Assembly: GCA_963665325.3 (NCBI GenBank)
Contig: CAXXWS020000002.1
Coordinates: 992,001 to 1,056,000 of the forward strand
DNA: 64,000 bases
Origin: Alphaproteobacteria bacterium
GTDB lineage: Bacteria; Pseudomonadota; Alphaproteobacteria; Bin95
Reading direction: 5' to 3'
Shown here: positions 47,713 through 56,390 of the stretch, piece after piece
Layout: the number at the start of each line of letters is the position of its first letter
Numbering within the stretch: position 1 is the first letter of the stretch
The notes under the pieces: model-generated
What the model saw: only the letters and a program-made list of their open reading frames with translations
The model's database searches: none
What the model was told of the DNA's origin: nothing
Position numbers and translations under genes: made by a program

Positions 47713-48710
47713 CCCGTCGCATCCTCGCCGTCTGCGCGGTCGCGCTGGCGTCCGCCCTGTGGTCCGGGCCTGCGGCAGCGCAGTCCTGCACCGGGCGGTT
47801 CGTCAACCCGGTCTCGGACGTCTGCTGGGAGTGCCTGTTCCCGATCTCGATCGGCCCGCTCACCATCGGCAGCACCGGCGGCGTCACGGATACGCCCAAC
47901 CCGTCCTCGCCGATCTGCTTCTGCGGCTCCCCCATCCCCCGCATCGGCCTGTCGCTCGGGGTCTGGGAGCCGGCACGGCTGGTCGATGTCACCAGGACCC
48001 CCTGGTGCTTCCCCAATCTGGGCGGGCTCACCATCGATCCCGGCCTGCCCGCCGCGCGGGGCCGTACCGGGTCCTCCGGCGGCGACGGCGCCAAGGGCTC
48101 GGTCTGGCATGCGCACTATTACATGTATCCGCTCTTGTCCTGGATCGGGGTGCTGCTCGATCTCGGCTGCCTGGAGGGCGGGTCGCTCGACATCGCCTGG
48201 GTCTCGGAGCTCGACCCGGCCTGGCTCGACGACGAGCTGTCGTTCCTCCTGAACCCGGAAGCCGCGCTGTTCGCCAACCTGCCGGCGCAGGCGGCCTGCG
48301 CCGCCGACTGCGCGGCGGCCTCGGTCGGGCTGCCGCAGGACGGTCTGTTCTGGTGCGCGGGCTGCCAGGGCGGGATGTATCCGCTGACCGGCAATGTGGC
48401 GGCCCATGTGGGCGGCGTGCAGGCGTCGCTGCTGGCGGCCCAGCGTCTGGTCTACCGCCTCCACCGCGCCGGGCTCGCCTGGGGCACCTCGGGCTCGGCC
48501 GCGCTCTGCGGGCGCTATCCGATGCCGGTGATGAAGAAGTCGCAATACCGCTGGCAGATGACCGAGCCGGTGCCGGCGACCACGCCCGCGACGGGCTGCA
48601 ACCCGACCGGGCGGTCCTCGGTGCTCTGGGAATCGCTCCGCGAGCTGCCGGTCTCCGGCGAGAGCTTCGGCTACCTGCTGTGGAGAAAACGCACATGCTG
48701 CCTCTTGTGA
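47709..48710 (+). CDS. traU: TraU
   Basis: CTGRFVNPVSDVCWECLFPISIG, WEPARL, SELDPAW, WCAGCQG, KSQYR, WRKRTCC. Confidence 0.95.
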   Translation: MTRRILAVCAVALASALWSGPAAAQSCTGRFVNPVSDVCWECLFPISIGPLTIGSTGGVTDTPNPSSPICFCGSPIPRIGLSLGVWEPARLVDVTRTPWCFPNLGGLTIDPGLPAARGRTGSSGGDGAKGSVWHAHYYMYPLLSWIGVLLDLGCLEGGSLDIAWVSELDPAWLDDELSFLLNPEAALFANLPAQAACAADCAAASVGLPQDGLFWCAGCQGGMYPLTGNVAAHVGGVQASLLAAQRLVYRLHRAGLAWGTSGSAALCGRYPMPVMKKSQYRWQMTEPVPATTPATGCNPTGRSSVLWESLRELPVSGESFGYLLWRKRTCCLL

Positions 48711-48751
48711 ACCCATTGAAACGCAACGCCAGAGACGACTCCGACGAGAAC

Positions 48752-49504
48752 ATGACGACGCTCTCCTCACCCTTCCGGACCGCCCTCCTGCTCACGGCCA
48801 TGCTGGTTCTCGGCGCCTGCGCCTGTCCGGCGCGGGCCGGCGAAATGCCCACCGCAGGCCCGGAGGCGGGCGCATCGCGCCTGGTCGAGGAGGTGCTGCG
48901 CAAGGCGGGCGACGGCGATCTCGGCGAGTGGACGCGCTCCATCATGGACCGCGCCCTGAAACGCGCAGGCGATACCGCACGCCGGACGATCCCCGGATCG
49001 GGATCCGGAGCAGGCTCTGGACCCTCCGCCGCGCCTCTCCCGGCCGAACGCCATGCCGGTGAATTTGCGGGGCCGCGTTCCGGCACGGCGGAAATCCTGA
49101 TCTTCACCAGCCTCTCGGTGCCGGCCGCAAGCTGGCGGCAATGGGCGCGCGATGCGGCCCAAACCGGCGCGCCGCTGGTGCTGCGCGGTGTCGGCGCGGG
49201 CGGATTGCGCGAAACCGCCAGACGGATCGGCGCCCGTCTCGGCAGCCACGAACCGGGCATCGCCATCGATCCCAGATTGTTCCGCCTGTTCGGCATCGAC
49301 CGCGTGCCGGCGGTGGTCGTCGTGCCGGGCGGCGTGCCGCCCTGCGAGAGTCGGGGTTGCACGGAGGACCCCGCCCCGCCGCACGATCTTGTCGCCGGCA
49401 ATATCGGCCTCGACGCCGCGCTGGAAGCCGTCGCCGCCGAAGGCGATGCCGGTCGCGCGGTCGCGAAGGCGTATCTCCAGCGTCTGGTGGGGGACGGGCA
49501 ATGA
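48752..49504 (+). CDS. trbC: F-type pilus assembly protein TrbC
   Basis: LIFTSLSVP, LVLRG, IDPRLFRLFGIDRVPAVVV, GNIGLDAALE. Confidence 0.88.
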   Translation: MTTLSSPFRTALLLTAMLVLGACACPARAGEMPTAGPEAGASRLVEEVLRKAGDGDLGEWTRSIMDRALKRAGDTARRTIPGSGSGAGSGPSAAPLPAERHAGEFAGPRSGTAEILIFTSLSVPAASWRQWARDAAQTGAPLVLRGVGAGGLRETARRIGARLGSHEPGIAIDPRLFRLFGIDRVPAVVVVPGGVPPCESRGCTEDPAPPHDLVAGNIGLDAALEAVAAEGDAGRAVAKAYLQRLVGDGQ

Positions 49505-50622
49505 TCCTTCAGGCACCCGGTCGCGGCGCCCGAGGGCAGAGGATTGCCCGGTTGCCGGGCTATGTCGTTACGGCGGCCGTGTTCGGCTTCCTGCTCTGGA
49601 TCGTCTTCGGTGGAGCCGCCCATTCTGGCGATCCAAGGGCGGAAGCCCGCGCCATCGGCAATGCGGGTACGGCAGCGGCACGAGCGATCGCGCGGGACGC
49701 CTCGAACGCCGCGACGGTGCCGGGCTACTCGGGCACGAACGTCCCGGAGCGGCATATCGGCGCGAATGCGCTGGAGAACGAAGGCCGGGCCCGGCTCGCC
49801 GACCCGGACGATCCCGGCGGTGCGGTGGGACGCAGCGTCGTCGAGGGCGTGACGGTCTGCCCGGACGTGCCGGTGACGGTGAGCGATCCCGGCATCGCGC
49901 GCGGCAAGGCCGTCGCCGCCGATCCCGGCAATGCCGCCCATGGCGCGGGCAATCTCGCCTCGGGCAGCGTCTCGGACTGCGGCGCCGGTTTGCCGGACGC
50001 CCAGGACGGCGGGAGCTGCGGTTCGGTGCGCTGGTGCGTCGGCGCCGGCTGCGAGACGGTGGAACCGGAGGCCAACACCGGCTTCGTCGAGGCGACGACC
50101 CGGCTCAACATGGCGCTGGAGCTCGGCGGCGAGGAGTTCGACCGCGAGAACCTGCGCTTCTTCGCCGGCAAGCGCCGGCGCTGCCACATCCATTTCGGGG
50201 GGCTGGCGAACTGCTGCAAAAACTCGGGCCTGCTGGTCGGTCTCGCCAACTGCTCGGCGAACGAGCGGGAACTCGCCAGGGATCGCAACGCCGGCAACAC
50301 CCACTACCTCGGCCGATACTGCTCGAAGCGCGTCTTCGGGGTCTGCATCCGCCGCTCACGGGCCTGGTGCGTGTTCGGCTCCAAGCTCGGGCGCATCCTG
50401 CACCAGCAGGCAAGGCCGCAGCTCGGCATCGGCTGGGGCAGCTGCCGGGGCTTCTCTGTGGCCGAGGTCGAACGCATCGACTTCGCGCGCCTCGATCTCT
50501 CGGAGTTCACGCAGGACCTGATGGACGGATCGCGGGAGCCGGCCGTGACCCTGCCTGAGGCCGGCGACACGCAGTCGGTCATGCGCGAGCGGGTGCGCGA
50601 CTTCTACGGGAGAAGCCCGTGA
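49501..50622 (+). CDS. traN: Mating-pair stabilisation protein TraN (short form, 373 aa)
   Basis: Cys-rich C-terminal domain: FAGKRRRC, NCC, HYLGRYC, CVFGSKLGRILHQQARPQLG, CRGF, IDFARLDLSEF. Confidence 0.88.
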   Translation: MILQAPGRGARGQRIARLPGYVVTAAVFGFLLWIVFGGAAHSGDPRAEARAIGNAGTAAARAIARDASNAATVPGYSGTNVPERHIGANALENEGRARLADPDDPGGAVGRSVVEGVTVCPDVPVTVSDPGIARGKAVAADPGNAAHGAGNLASGSVSDCGAGLPDAQDGGSCGSVRWCVGAGCETVEPEANTGFVEATTRLNMALELGGEEFDRENLRFFAGKRRRCHIHFGGLANCCKNSGLLVGLANCSANERELARDRNAGNTHYLGRYCSKRVFGVCIRRSRAWCVFGSKLGRILHQQARPQLGIGWGSCRGFSVAEVERIDFARLDLSEFTQDLMDGSREPAVTLPEAGDTQSVMRERVRDFYGRSP

Positions 50623-51485
50623 TAGCGGGCGCCACGCAACCCACCCTCCGGCGCGTCCTGGGACGCGTCCTTGCGGGGATCGGCGTCTGGGCGGCGTTCG
50701 GCGCCTCGGCGGCGGGCGGGGACACTCGTGCCGGAGAATGGCGGTCCTGGTGTACCGATCCGGGCTCCGGCGCCTCGCTCGGCTGGCACTTCTACTGCGA
50801 CCGGGAAGAGGAACGTCAGGAAGCCGAGCCGCCGCCAGCGCAGCCTCCCTCCGGGTCGCCCGCCGCCGGGGACAGTCAGTCGGCCACCGAGCGCATCCTG
50901 GCGCTGCGCCGGGCGCTGGAGGAGGCCCGCGCGGAGGCGATCCTCGACCCGACGCCGGCGAAGGTGGCTGCGTATCTGCGCCTCCAGCAGGAGACGCTGC
51001 AACGGGCCGCCGTCTTCTCCGACGCCTTCCGGCGCACGGTGTGGGCGAGCCCGGCGCTCGACTACACGCTGAAGCGCCCGGTCGGCGCGCTCGCCAAGCA
51101 GGTCTGGTCGGACGGGCGAAGGCAGGCCCGCGACGCCGCGCTTGCGCGGCTCGGGGAGCGCTTCGGGCTGATCTATCTCGGCCATGCCGGGTGCGCCGGC
51201 TGCAAGGTGTTCGGGCCGCTGCTGCGCGCCTTCGCCATGCGCCACGGCCTCGACGTGCTGGCCGTGTCGCTTACCGGCCAAGCGCTGGAGGGCTGGCCGG
51301 AGGCGGTCGCGGACAATGGGCGCGCCGCCCGGCTCGGTCTCGGCAACGCCCCGGTGCCGGCGCTGGTGCTGTTCGACACGAAGACGCGGCGCGTCCTGCC
51401 GGTCGGCTTCGGCGTGCTGGCCGAGGACGAGATGGCAGAGCGCATCTACGCGCTCACCGCCCTGGAGCCCGGACATGACTACTGA
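50619..51485 (+). CDS. traF: Thioredoxin-like TraF
   Basis: GWHFYCD, AILDPT, PALDY, CAGC, VPALVL. Confidence 0.88.
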   Translation: MIAGATQPTLRRVLGRVLAGIGVWAAFGASAAGGDTRAGEWRSWCTDPGSGASLGWHFYCDREEERQEAEPPPAQPPSGSPAAGDSQSATERILALRRALEEARAEAILDPTPAKVAAYLRLQQETLQRAAVFSDAFRRTVWASPALDYTLKRPVGALAKQVWSDGRRQARDAALARLGERFGLIYLGHAGCAGCKVFGPLLRAFAMRHGLDVLAVSLTGQALEGWPEAVADNGRAARLGLGNAPVPALVLFDTKTRRVLPVGFGVLAEDEMAERIYALTALEPGHDY

Positions 51486-52899
51486 GCGCAGGAATATCGC
51501 GGCTGCCGTCGCCATGGGCATGGTGCTGACGGCTACCTTCCCCGCGAAGGCCGACGTGCTCTCCGAGATGAACCGCTTCTGGCAGGGCGCGGCGGTCAAT
51601 GTCACTGGCCCGACGGCGTTCAACGGCCAGGCCTCCGGCCACTGGACGCTCGGCAATCTCTATCTGCGCGCGCCGGTGCGCTCCGAGCAGGTCGCCACGG
51701 TGAGCCTGCCGAGCTTCCGGGCAGGCTGCGGCGGCATCGATGCCTTCGCCGGCGCCTTCTCGTTCATCGACTCGGACCAGCTGATCGCCTTCGGCCGCGC
51801 GGTCGCCCAGAACGCCGCCGGCTTCGCCTTCGAGCTGGCGCTGGAGACCATCTCGCCGGTGATCGCCGAAACGATGGCCAAGCTCCGGGCGCTGGCGCAA
51901 TGGGTCAACGGGCAGAACCTCAACTCCTGCGAGACCGCCCAGGCGCTGGTCGGCGCGCTCTGGTCGAAGAACGACCGGGCGAGCGCTTCGATCTGCGCCG
52001 CGATCGGCACCAGCCAGGGCATCTTCTCGGACTATGCCGCCGCGAAGCACGGCTGCGGCGCCGACGGGAAGAGGAACTCCACCCTGGCTTCGGCCTCCGG
52101 GGCGATGGCGGACCAGGTGCCGGTCAACGTCAACTATGCCTGGAAGGCGATAAGGGCGTCCTCCTTCCTCGCGGGCGACGCGCAGTTGGCCGAGTTCGCC
52201 ATGGCGGTGACCGGCACGCTGATCGTGACCGCGCCCACCTCGGACGGCGATACCTCGGGCCCGCGGGTGCGCATCCTGGAGCCGCTGGCGCTCGACCGGC
52301 GGGTGACGGAAGTGCTGATGGAGGGCGGCGGCAGCCTGCCCGTCTATCGCTGCGATACGCCCGACCGCTGCCTCAACCCGACCCTGGGCACGGTCTCCAT
52401 CCCCGCCGACCGGGGCTTCCGGGCGCGGGTGGCGGAGCTGCTGCGCGACCTCGTCGATGCGGTCCGGAACGACACCGCCCCGCCGGCCGCCGCGCTCGGC
52501 CTGGTCAACCTAACCACGCTGCCGGTCTACCGGGTCGCCAATGCCGCGGCCGCATACAGGGGCGCGGTGGTGGACCAGGAGATGGACGCGCTCGCCGAGG
52601 CGGTGGCGCTCGACGTCATGCAGGTCTGGCTCTCGGACCTGCACCGCACGGTCGAGGAACGCGCCGGAACCCTCGACATCGCCGACGGAGAGCAGCTCCA
52701 GCGCTGGCGCGAAGGGCTGAGGACCAACCGCATCGCGCTCGCCCGGCACCGCAACGAGGGGCTCGCCCGCTTCAACACCGCGCTCGCCGTGGTCGAGAAG
52801 CTGCGCCTGATCGAGACCGAGCTCGCGGGCGCCCTCTCCGCCGATCTCCGCGCCGCACTGGCGTTCGCAAGGGGCGGCGCCGGGGCCGGGTCGCGGTGA
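51475..52899 (+). CDS. traH: TraH
   Basis: NVTGPTAFNGQ, LPSFRAGCGGIDAFAGAFSFI, NSCETAQALV. Confidence 0.93.
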   Translation: MTTERRNIAAAVAMGMVLTATFPAKADVLSEMNRFWQGAAVNVTGPTAFNGQASGHWTLGNLYLRAPVRSEQVATVSLPSFRAGCGGIDAFAGAFSFIDSDQLIAFGRAVAQNAAGFAFELALETISPVIAETMAKLRALAQWVNGQNLNSCETAQALVGALWSKNDRASASICAAIGTSQGIFSDYAAAKHGCGADGKRNSTLASASGAMADQVPVNVNYAWKAIRASSFLAGDAQLAEFAMAVTGTLIVTAPTSDGDTSGPRVRILEPLALDRRVTEVLMEGGGSLPVYRCDTPDRCLNPTLGTVSIPADRGFRARVAELLRDLVDAVRNDTAPPAAALGLVNLTTLPVYRVANAAAAYRGAVVDQEMDALAEAVALDVMQVWLSDLHRTVEERAGTLDIADGEQLQRWREGLRTNRIALARHRNEGLARFNTALAVVEKLRLIETELAGALSADLRAALAFARGGAGAGSR

Positions 52900-52981
52900 G
52901 GGGTTCGATGCGCCCGACCCGCCAACCTGACGGCATCGCGATCCGGAAACGCGTCCGGGTCGCGGTAACCCCCACTATATA

Positions 52982-55888
52982 ATGTACGAGCTCTTCACCC
53001 TCGGCGGCGGCGCCTACCTGGTCGACCTGCTGAACGCGGTGGCGGCCATTACCGGCGGCGGGGCCTTCGTCAACCTCGCGCAGCTCGCCGGCATGGCCGG
53101 TCTCGCCTGGGTCCTGTTCCGCACCGCCTTCGGCGGCTCGTGGAAGGACAACGCGAAGTGGATGCTGCTCTTCGCCGCCGTCTGGGGCGCGATGATCGTG
53201 CCGAAGGCGACTGTGCGGGTGGTGGACCGGCTCGACCCGGCGCTCGCGCCGGCCGTGGTCGCCAACGTCCCCATCGGGCTCGCGCTGTTCGCGTCCCTGA
53301 CCAGCCAGGTCGGCGACGGCCTCACCCGTCTTACCGAGCAGGCTTTCGCGCTGCCCAACGATCTCGCCTACCGCCGCCACGGGCTGATCTTCGGGGCAAG
53401 GCTCGCCGGCAAGGCGACCCGGCTCGAAGTGACCGACGCGGTGTTCGCGAGGAACATCCGCAACTATGCTAGGCAATGCGTCTTCCCCGCCCTGCTGCTG
53501 GGCCATGTCTCGGCGGACGATCTGCGGGAGAGCACCGACATCTGGCGGCTGGTGACCGCGACGGGCACGCCCTCGGCCGGGGCCTCGCCCGCGCGCATGG
53601 TCGAGTTCGCCACCCGGCAGGCGGCGTCCGGCACCGGCGCGACGACCGTGGACCGGCAGATCGTCACCTGCCGCGATGCGGCGGGCAGGCTGAACGCGCA
53701 GTGGAACGCCGAGATCGCGCGCGCCGGCACGATCTTCGGGCGGCGCATCTTCCCCGATGCGAGAACCGACGCGCTAGCCCGGGCCGAGCTGCTGGCGTCG
53801 CTGCCGGCCGCGCATGACTTCCTGATCGGCGCCTCGCGCAGCGCCGGCGAGATCATGCGCCAGCAGATGGTGCTGAACGCGGTCCACGACGCCGGCGAGC
53901 AATGGGCCGCCGAGGCCGGCAATGCCGCCGCCTTGCAGGCCTATACCGAGGCCAGGGCCGAAGCCCAGACGGTCTCGGCCTACCGCGCCATCGGCAGGCA
54001 GGCCGAGACCTGGGTGCCGCTGCTGCGCATCGTGTTCGAGTGCCTCTATGTCGGGGCCTTCCCGATGGCGGTGCTGCTCATGCTGACCCCGGCGGGCGGG
54101 ACGATATTCCGGTCCTACGTCACCGGGCTGGTCTGGCTCCAGAGCTGGGGCCCGCTCTACGCGGTGCTGCACCGGATCAGCATGGGCGAGGCGGCCGAGC
54201 GCATGTCGGCCGCCGCGGCGATGCCGAACGGCGAGATCGGCATTTCGCTGGTGGCGCAGGCCGGCATAAGGGCGGTTGCCGCCGACGTGGCGGTGATGTC
54301 GGGCTACCTCTCGATGTCGGTGCCGTTCCTGGCGGCGGCGCTGGCCTACGGACTGTCGAAGGCGACGGTGCTCGCGACCTCGGTGCTGGCCGTGGGCCAG
54401 GACGCCGCGTCGTCGGCGGCGCATGAGGGCACGACGGGCAATCTCTCGCTCGCCAACACCGGCTACGACAGCCACCGCTTCGCGACCCTGGAGGGCCGCC
54501 AGATCCGCACCTCCGCCCATGTCGATACCGACCGCTATACCGGCTACGCCCCGGCCGGGGCGGGGTTCGTCGTGACCGGCGATGGCACGGCGGTCGTGGA
54601 TGCGTCGTCTGCGACCAGCCGCATCCCGGCCGCCGGCGTGCGGATCTCGGAATCGCTGGCCACCAGCTACGAGACCCGTGCGGCGCAGGCCCGCTCGCTC
54701 GCCCGCAACTGGGACGTGCAGGCGGGCGTGGCGAGGAACGCGGCCGTGACCGACGCGACCGGGCTGGTGGAACGCTACAGCCATGACGTGAATGTCGGCG
54801 AGGCGCACGCGCGCGGGGTGACGGAGAGCGAGACCGCCCAGGTCCAGGCGCTCGAGTCGCACTACGAGAAGCTCGCCGAGATCGGCGGCATCACCAAGAA
54901 CCAGGCCGCGGTGCTGACCGGCGAGGCGAAGTTCGGCGGCGGACTGGACAAGATCGTCAAGCTCGGTGCGACCGGGACCGCGACCTGGCGCGGCGAGACC
55001 ATCGAGTCCGACGCCTGGAACCGCATGAAGGAGTACGACCGCCAGCACGGGGTGACGGAGCTGTGGTCCAGCGTCTCGGAGGCGTCGCGGCGCTACTCGG
55101 CGGCGACCGGCGAGAGCGAGGCGGCCGCCCTGGAGGAGAGCCTCAACGCCAACCTGACGCGGATGCGCAGCTTCCAGGAGCGGGCCTCGATGGCGCGCCA
55201 GGAATCCGAGATGTGGTCGGAGCAGGAGGCGCAGGTGCGCTCGGACGCGCAGGCCATCGACCGCGACCTCGCCCAGCCCTTCTTCGCCTGGCTGTCGGAG
55301 CGCACGGGAACGGACGGCAGGCCGATCGGCGCGGCCGGTGCCGGCGCCCTGATCTCGGTGCAGACGGCGGAGGACGCGGAAACCCTGCGCGAGCATGCCG
55401 CCGCGTTCGTCGCGGAGAAGTTCCCCGCGCCCGCGGGACCGGACCCGGCGTCGATCGGCGGCGAGGCGGAATACGGCGCGGCGCGCGACACGCTGTCGGA
55501 GGCCTATGGCCGCGAGACCGCGGCGGCCCATGCCGGCTGGTCGGAGGGCGTGCGCGGCCGGGCGCGCGCGGCGGGAACGCCGCGGCCGGGGGACGTGGCG
55601 GAGGATGCGATCCGGGAAGGCGCGCGGGCGGAGACCGACATGGTCGTGCGCGGCAGCGCGCGCGAGGCGCGGACGGACATCGCCCGGGAGGACGCGCTGG
55701 AGGGCCGGGCCGGGGTCGCGGCGGAAACGGAGAAGCCCTTCGAGCGCCACGCCACCGAGAACCTGCCCCTGATCGGCGGCTGGCTCGCCGGCAAGCTGTT
55801 CGGCACCGCGCGGAACGCCGCGCCGGACGGGGCCGGAGAGCAGCCGAAGACGGCCCCTGCGCCGGACTGGGGAAACCAGTCGCCGTGA
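52982..55888 (+). CDS. traG: F-type TraG
   Basis: ELFTLGGG..LVDLLNAVAA, VANVPIGLA, WLQSWGPLYAVL; long hydrophilic C-terminus. Confidence 0.93.
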   Translation: MYELFTLGGGAYLVDLLNAVAAITGGGAFVNLAQLAGMAGLAWVLFRTAFGGSWKDNAKWMLLFAAVWGAMIVPKATVRVVDRLDPALAPAVVANVPIGLALFASLTSQVGDGLTRLTEQAFALPNDLAYRRHGLIFGARLAGKATRLEVTDAVFARNIRNYARQCVFPALLLGHVSADDLRESTDIWRLVTATGTPSAGASPARMVEFATRQAASGTGATTVDRQIVTCRDAAGRLNAQWNAEIARAGTIFGRRIFPDARTDALARAELLASLPAAHDFLIGASRSAGEIMRQQMVLNAVHDAGEQWAAEAGNAAALQAYTEARAEAQTVSAYRAIGRQAETWVPLLRIVFECLYVGAFPMAVLLMLTPAGGTIFRSYVTGLVWLQSWGPLYAVLHRISMGEAAERMSAAAAMPNGEIGISLVAQAGIRAVAADVAVMSGYLSMSVPFLAAALAYGLSKATVLATSVLAVGQDAASSAAHEGTTGNLSLANTGYDSHRFATLEGRQIRTSAHVDTDRYTGYAPAGAGFVVTGDGTAVVDASSATSRIPAAGVRISESLATSYETRAAQARSLARNWDVQAGVARNAAVTDATGLVERYSHDVNVGEAHARGVTESETAQVQALESHYEKLAEIGGITKNQAAVLTGEAKFGGGLDKIVKLGATGTATWRGETIESDAWNRMKEYDRQHGVTELWSSVSEASRRYSAATGESEAAALEESLNANLTRMRSFQERASMARQESEMWSEQEAQVRSDAQAIDRDLAQPFFAWLSERTGTDGRPIGAAGAGALISVQTAEDAETLREHAAAFVAEKFPAPAGPDPASIGGEAEYGAARDTLSEAYGRETAAAHAGWSEGVRGRARAAGTPRPGDVAEDAIREGARAETDMVVRGSAREARTDIAREDALEGRAGVAAETEKPFERHATENLPLIGGWLAGKLFGTARNAAPDGAGEQPKTAPAPDWGNQSP

Positions 55889-55902
55889 CGCGGCCGGTGC
55901 GG

Positions 55903-56256
55903 TCAGCTCCCGCCCATCAGCCGTTCGTGCTCCTCGTGGATGCGAAGATATGCGTACGAGCCCGTCCTGGTGCCCCAGTCGAAACCGTCGCCGCCTCCGT
56001 CGGCAGGCTCGTAGCTCCGGAACGCCGACCAGTCCCGGTGGCGCAAGCCCTGCCACAGGGCGGCGGCGAGGGCGGCGGCGACCGTCCAGGCGATCGCGGC
56101 CATCCAGAGGGGGCCGATGGCCTCCGTGCCGGATCCGGCCGCCAGCGACGCGGCGGAGTACAGTGCCGCCAGGGCGAACCCGCCGAGCACGAAGAGGCGC
56201 TCCCGCCAGGTGCTCGGGCGTTGCCGCCGGTCCGTGGATGTTCCCGTCATGTCCAT
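55903..56256 (-). CDS. Small two-TM membrane protein convergent with traG; candidate entry-exclusion protein
   Basis: GGAGG RBS; two hydrophobic helices; position next to the 3' end of traG. Confidence 0.6.
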   Translation of the reverse strand: MDMTGTSTDRRQRPSTWRERLFVLGGFALAALYSAASLAAGSGTEAIGPLWMAAIAWTVAAALAAALWQGLRHRDWSAFRSYEPADGGGDGFDWGTRTGSYAYLRIHEEHERLMGGS

Positions 56257-56390
56257 GGTCCTCCATCATACCGGCGCCGGCGCGGATTGCAGCCGCCGCC
56301 CGCCTCGGGCGCGACGCTCTCCGGCCCCGCCTTCTTCGGCCCGCGCCCCGCCGGCCTCCGGCTCCTTGCGGCGCGGCCCGCGATGCGGCG

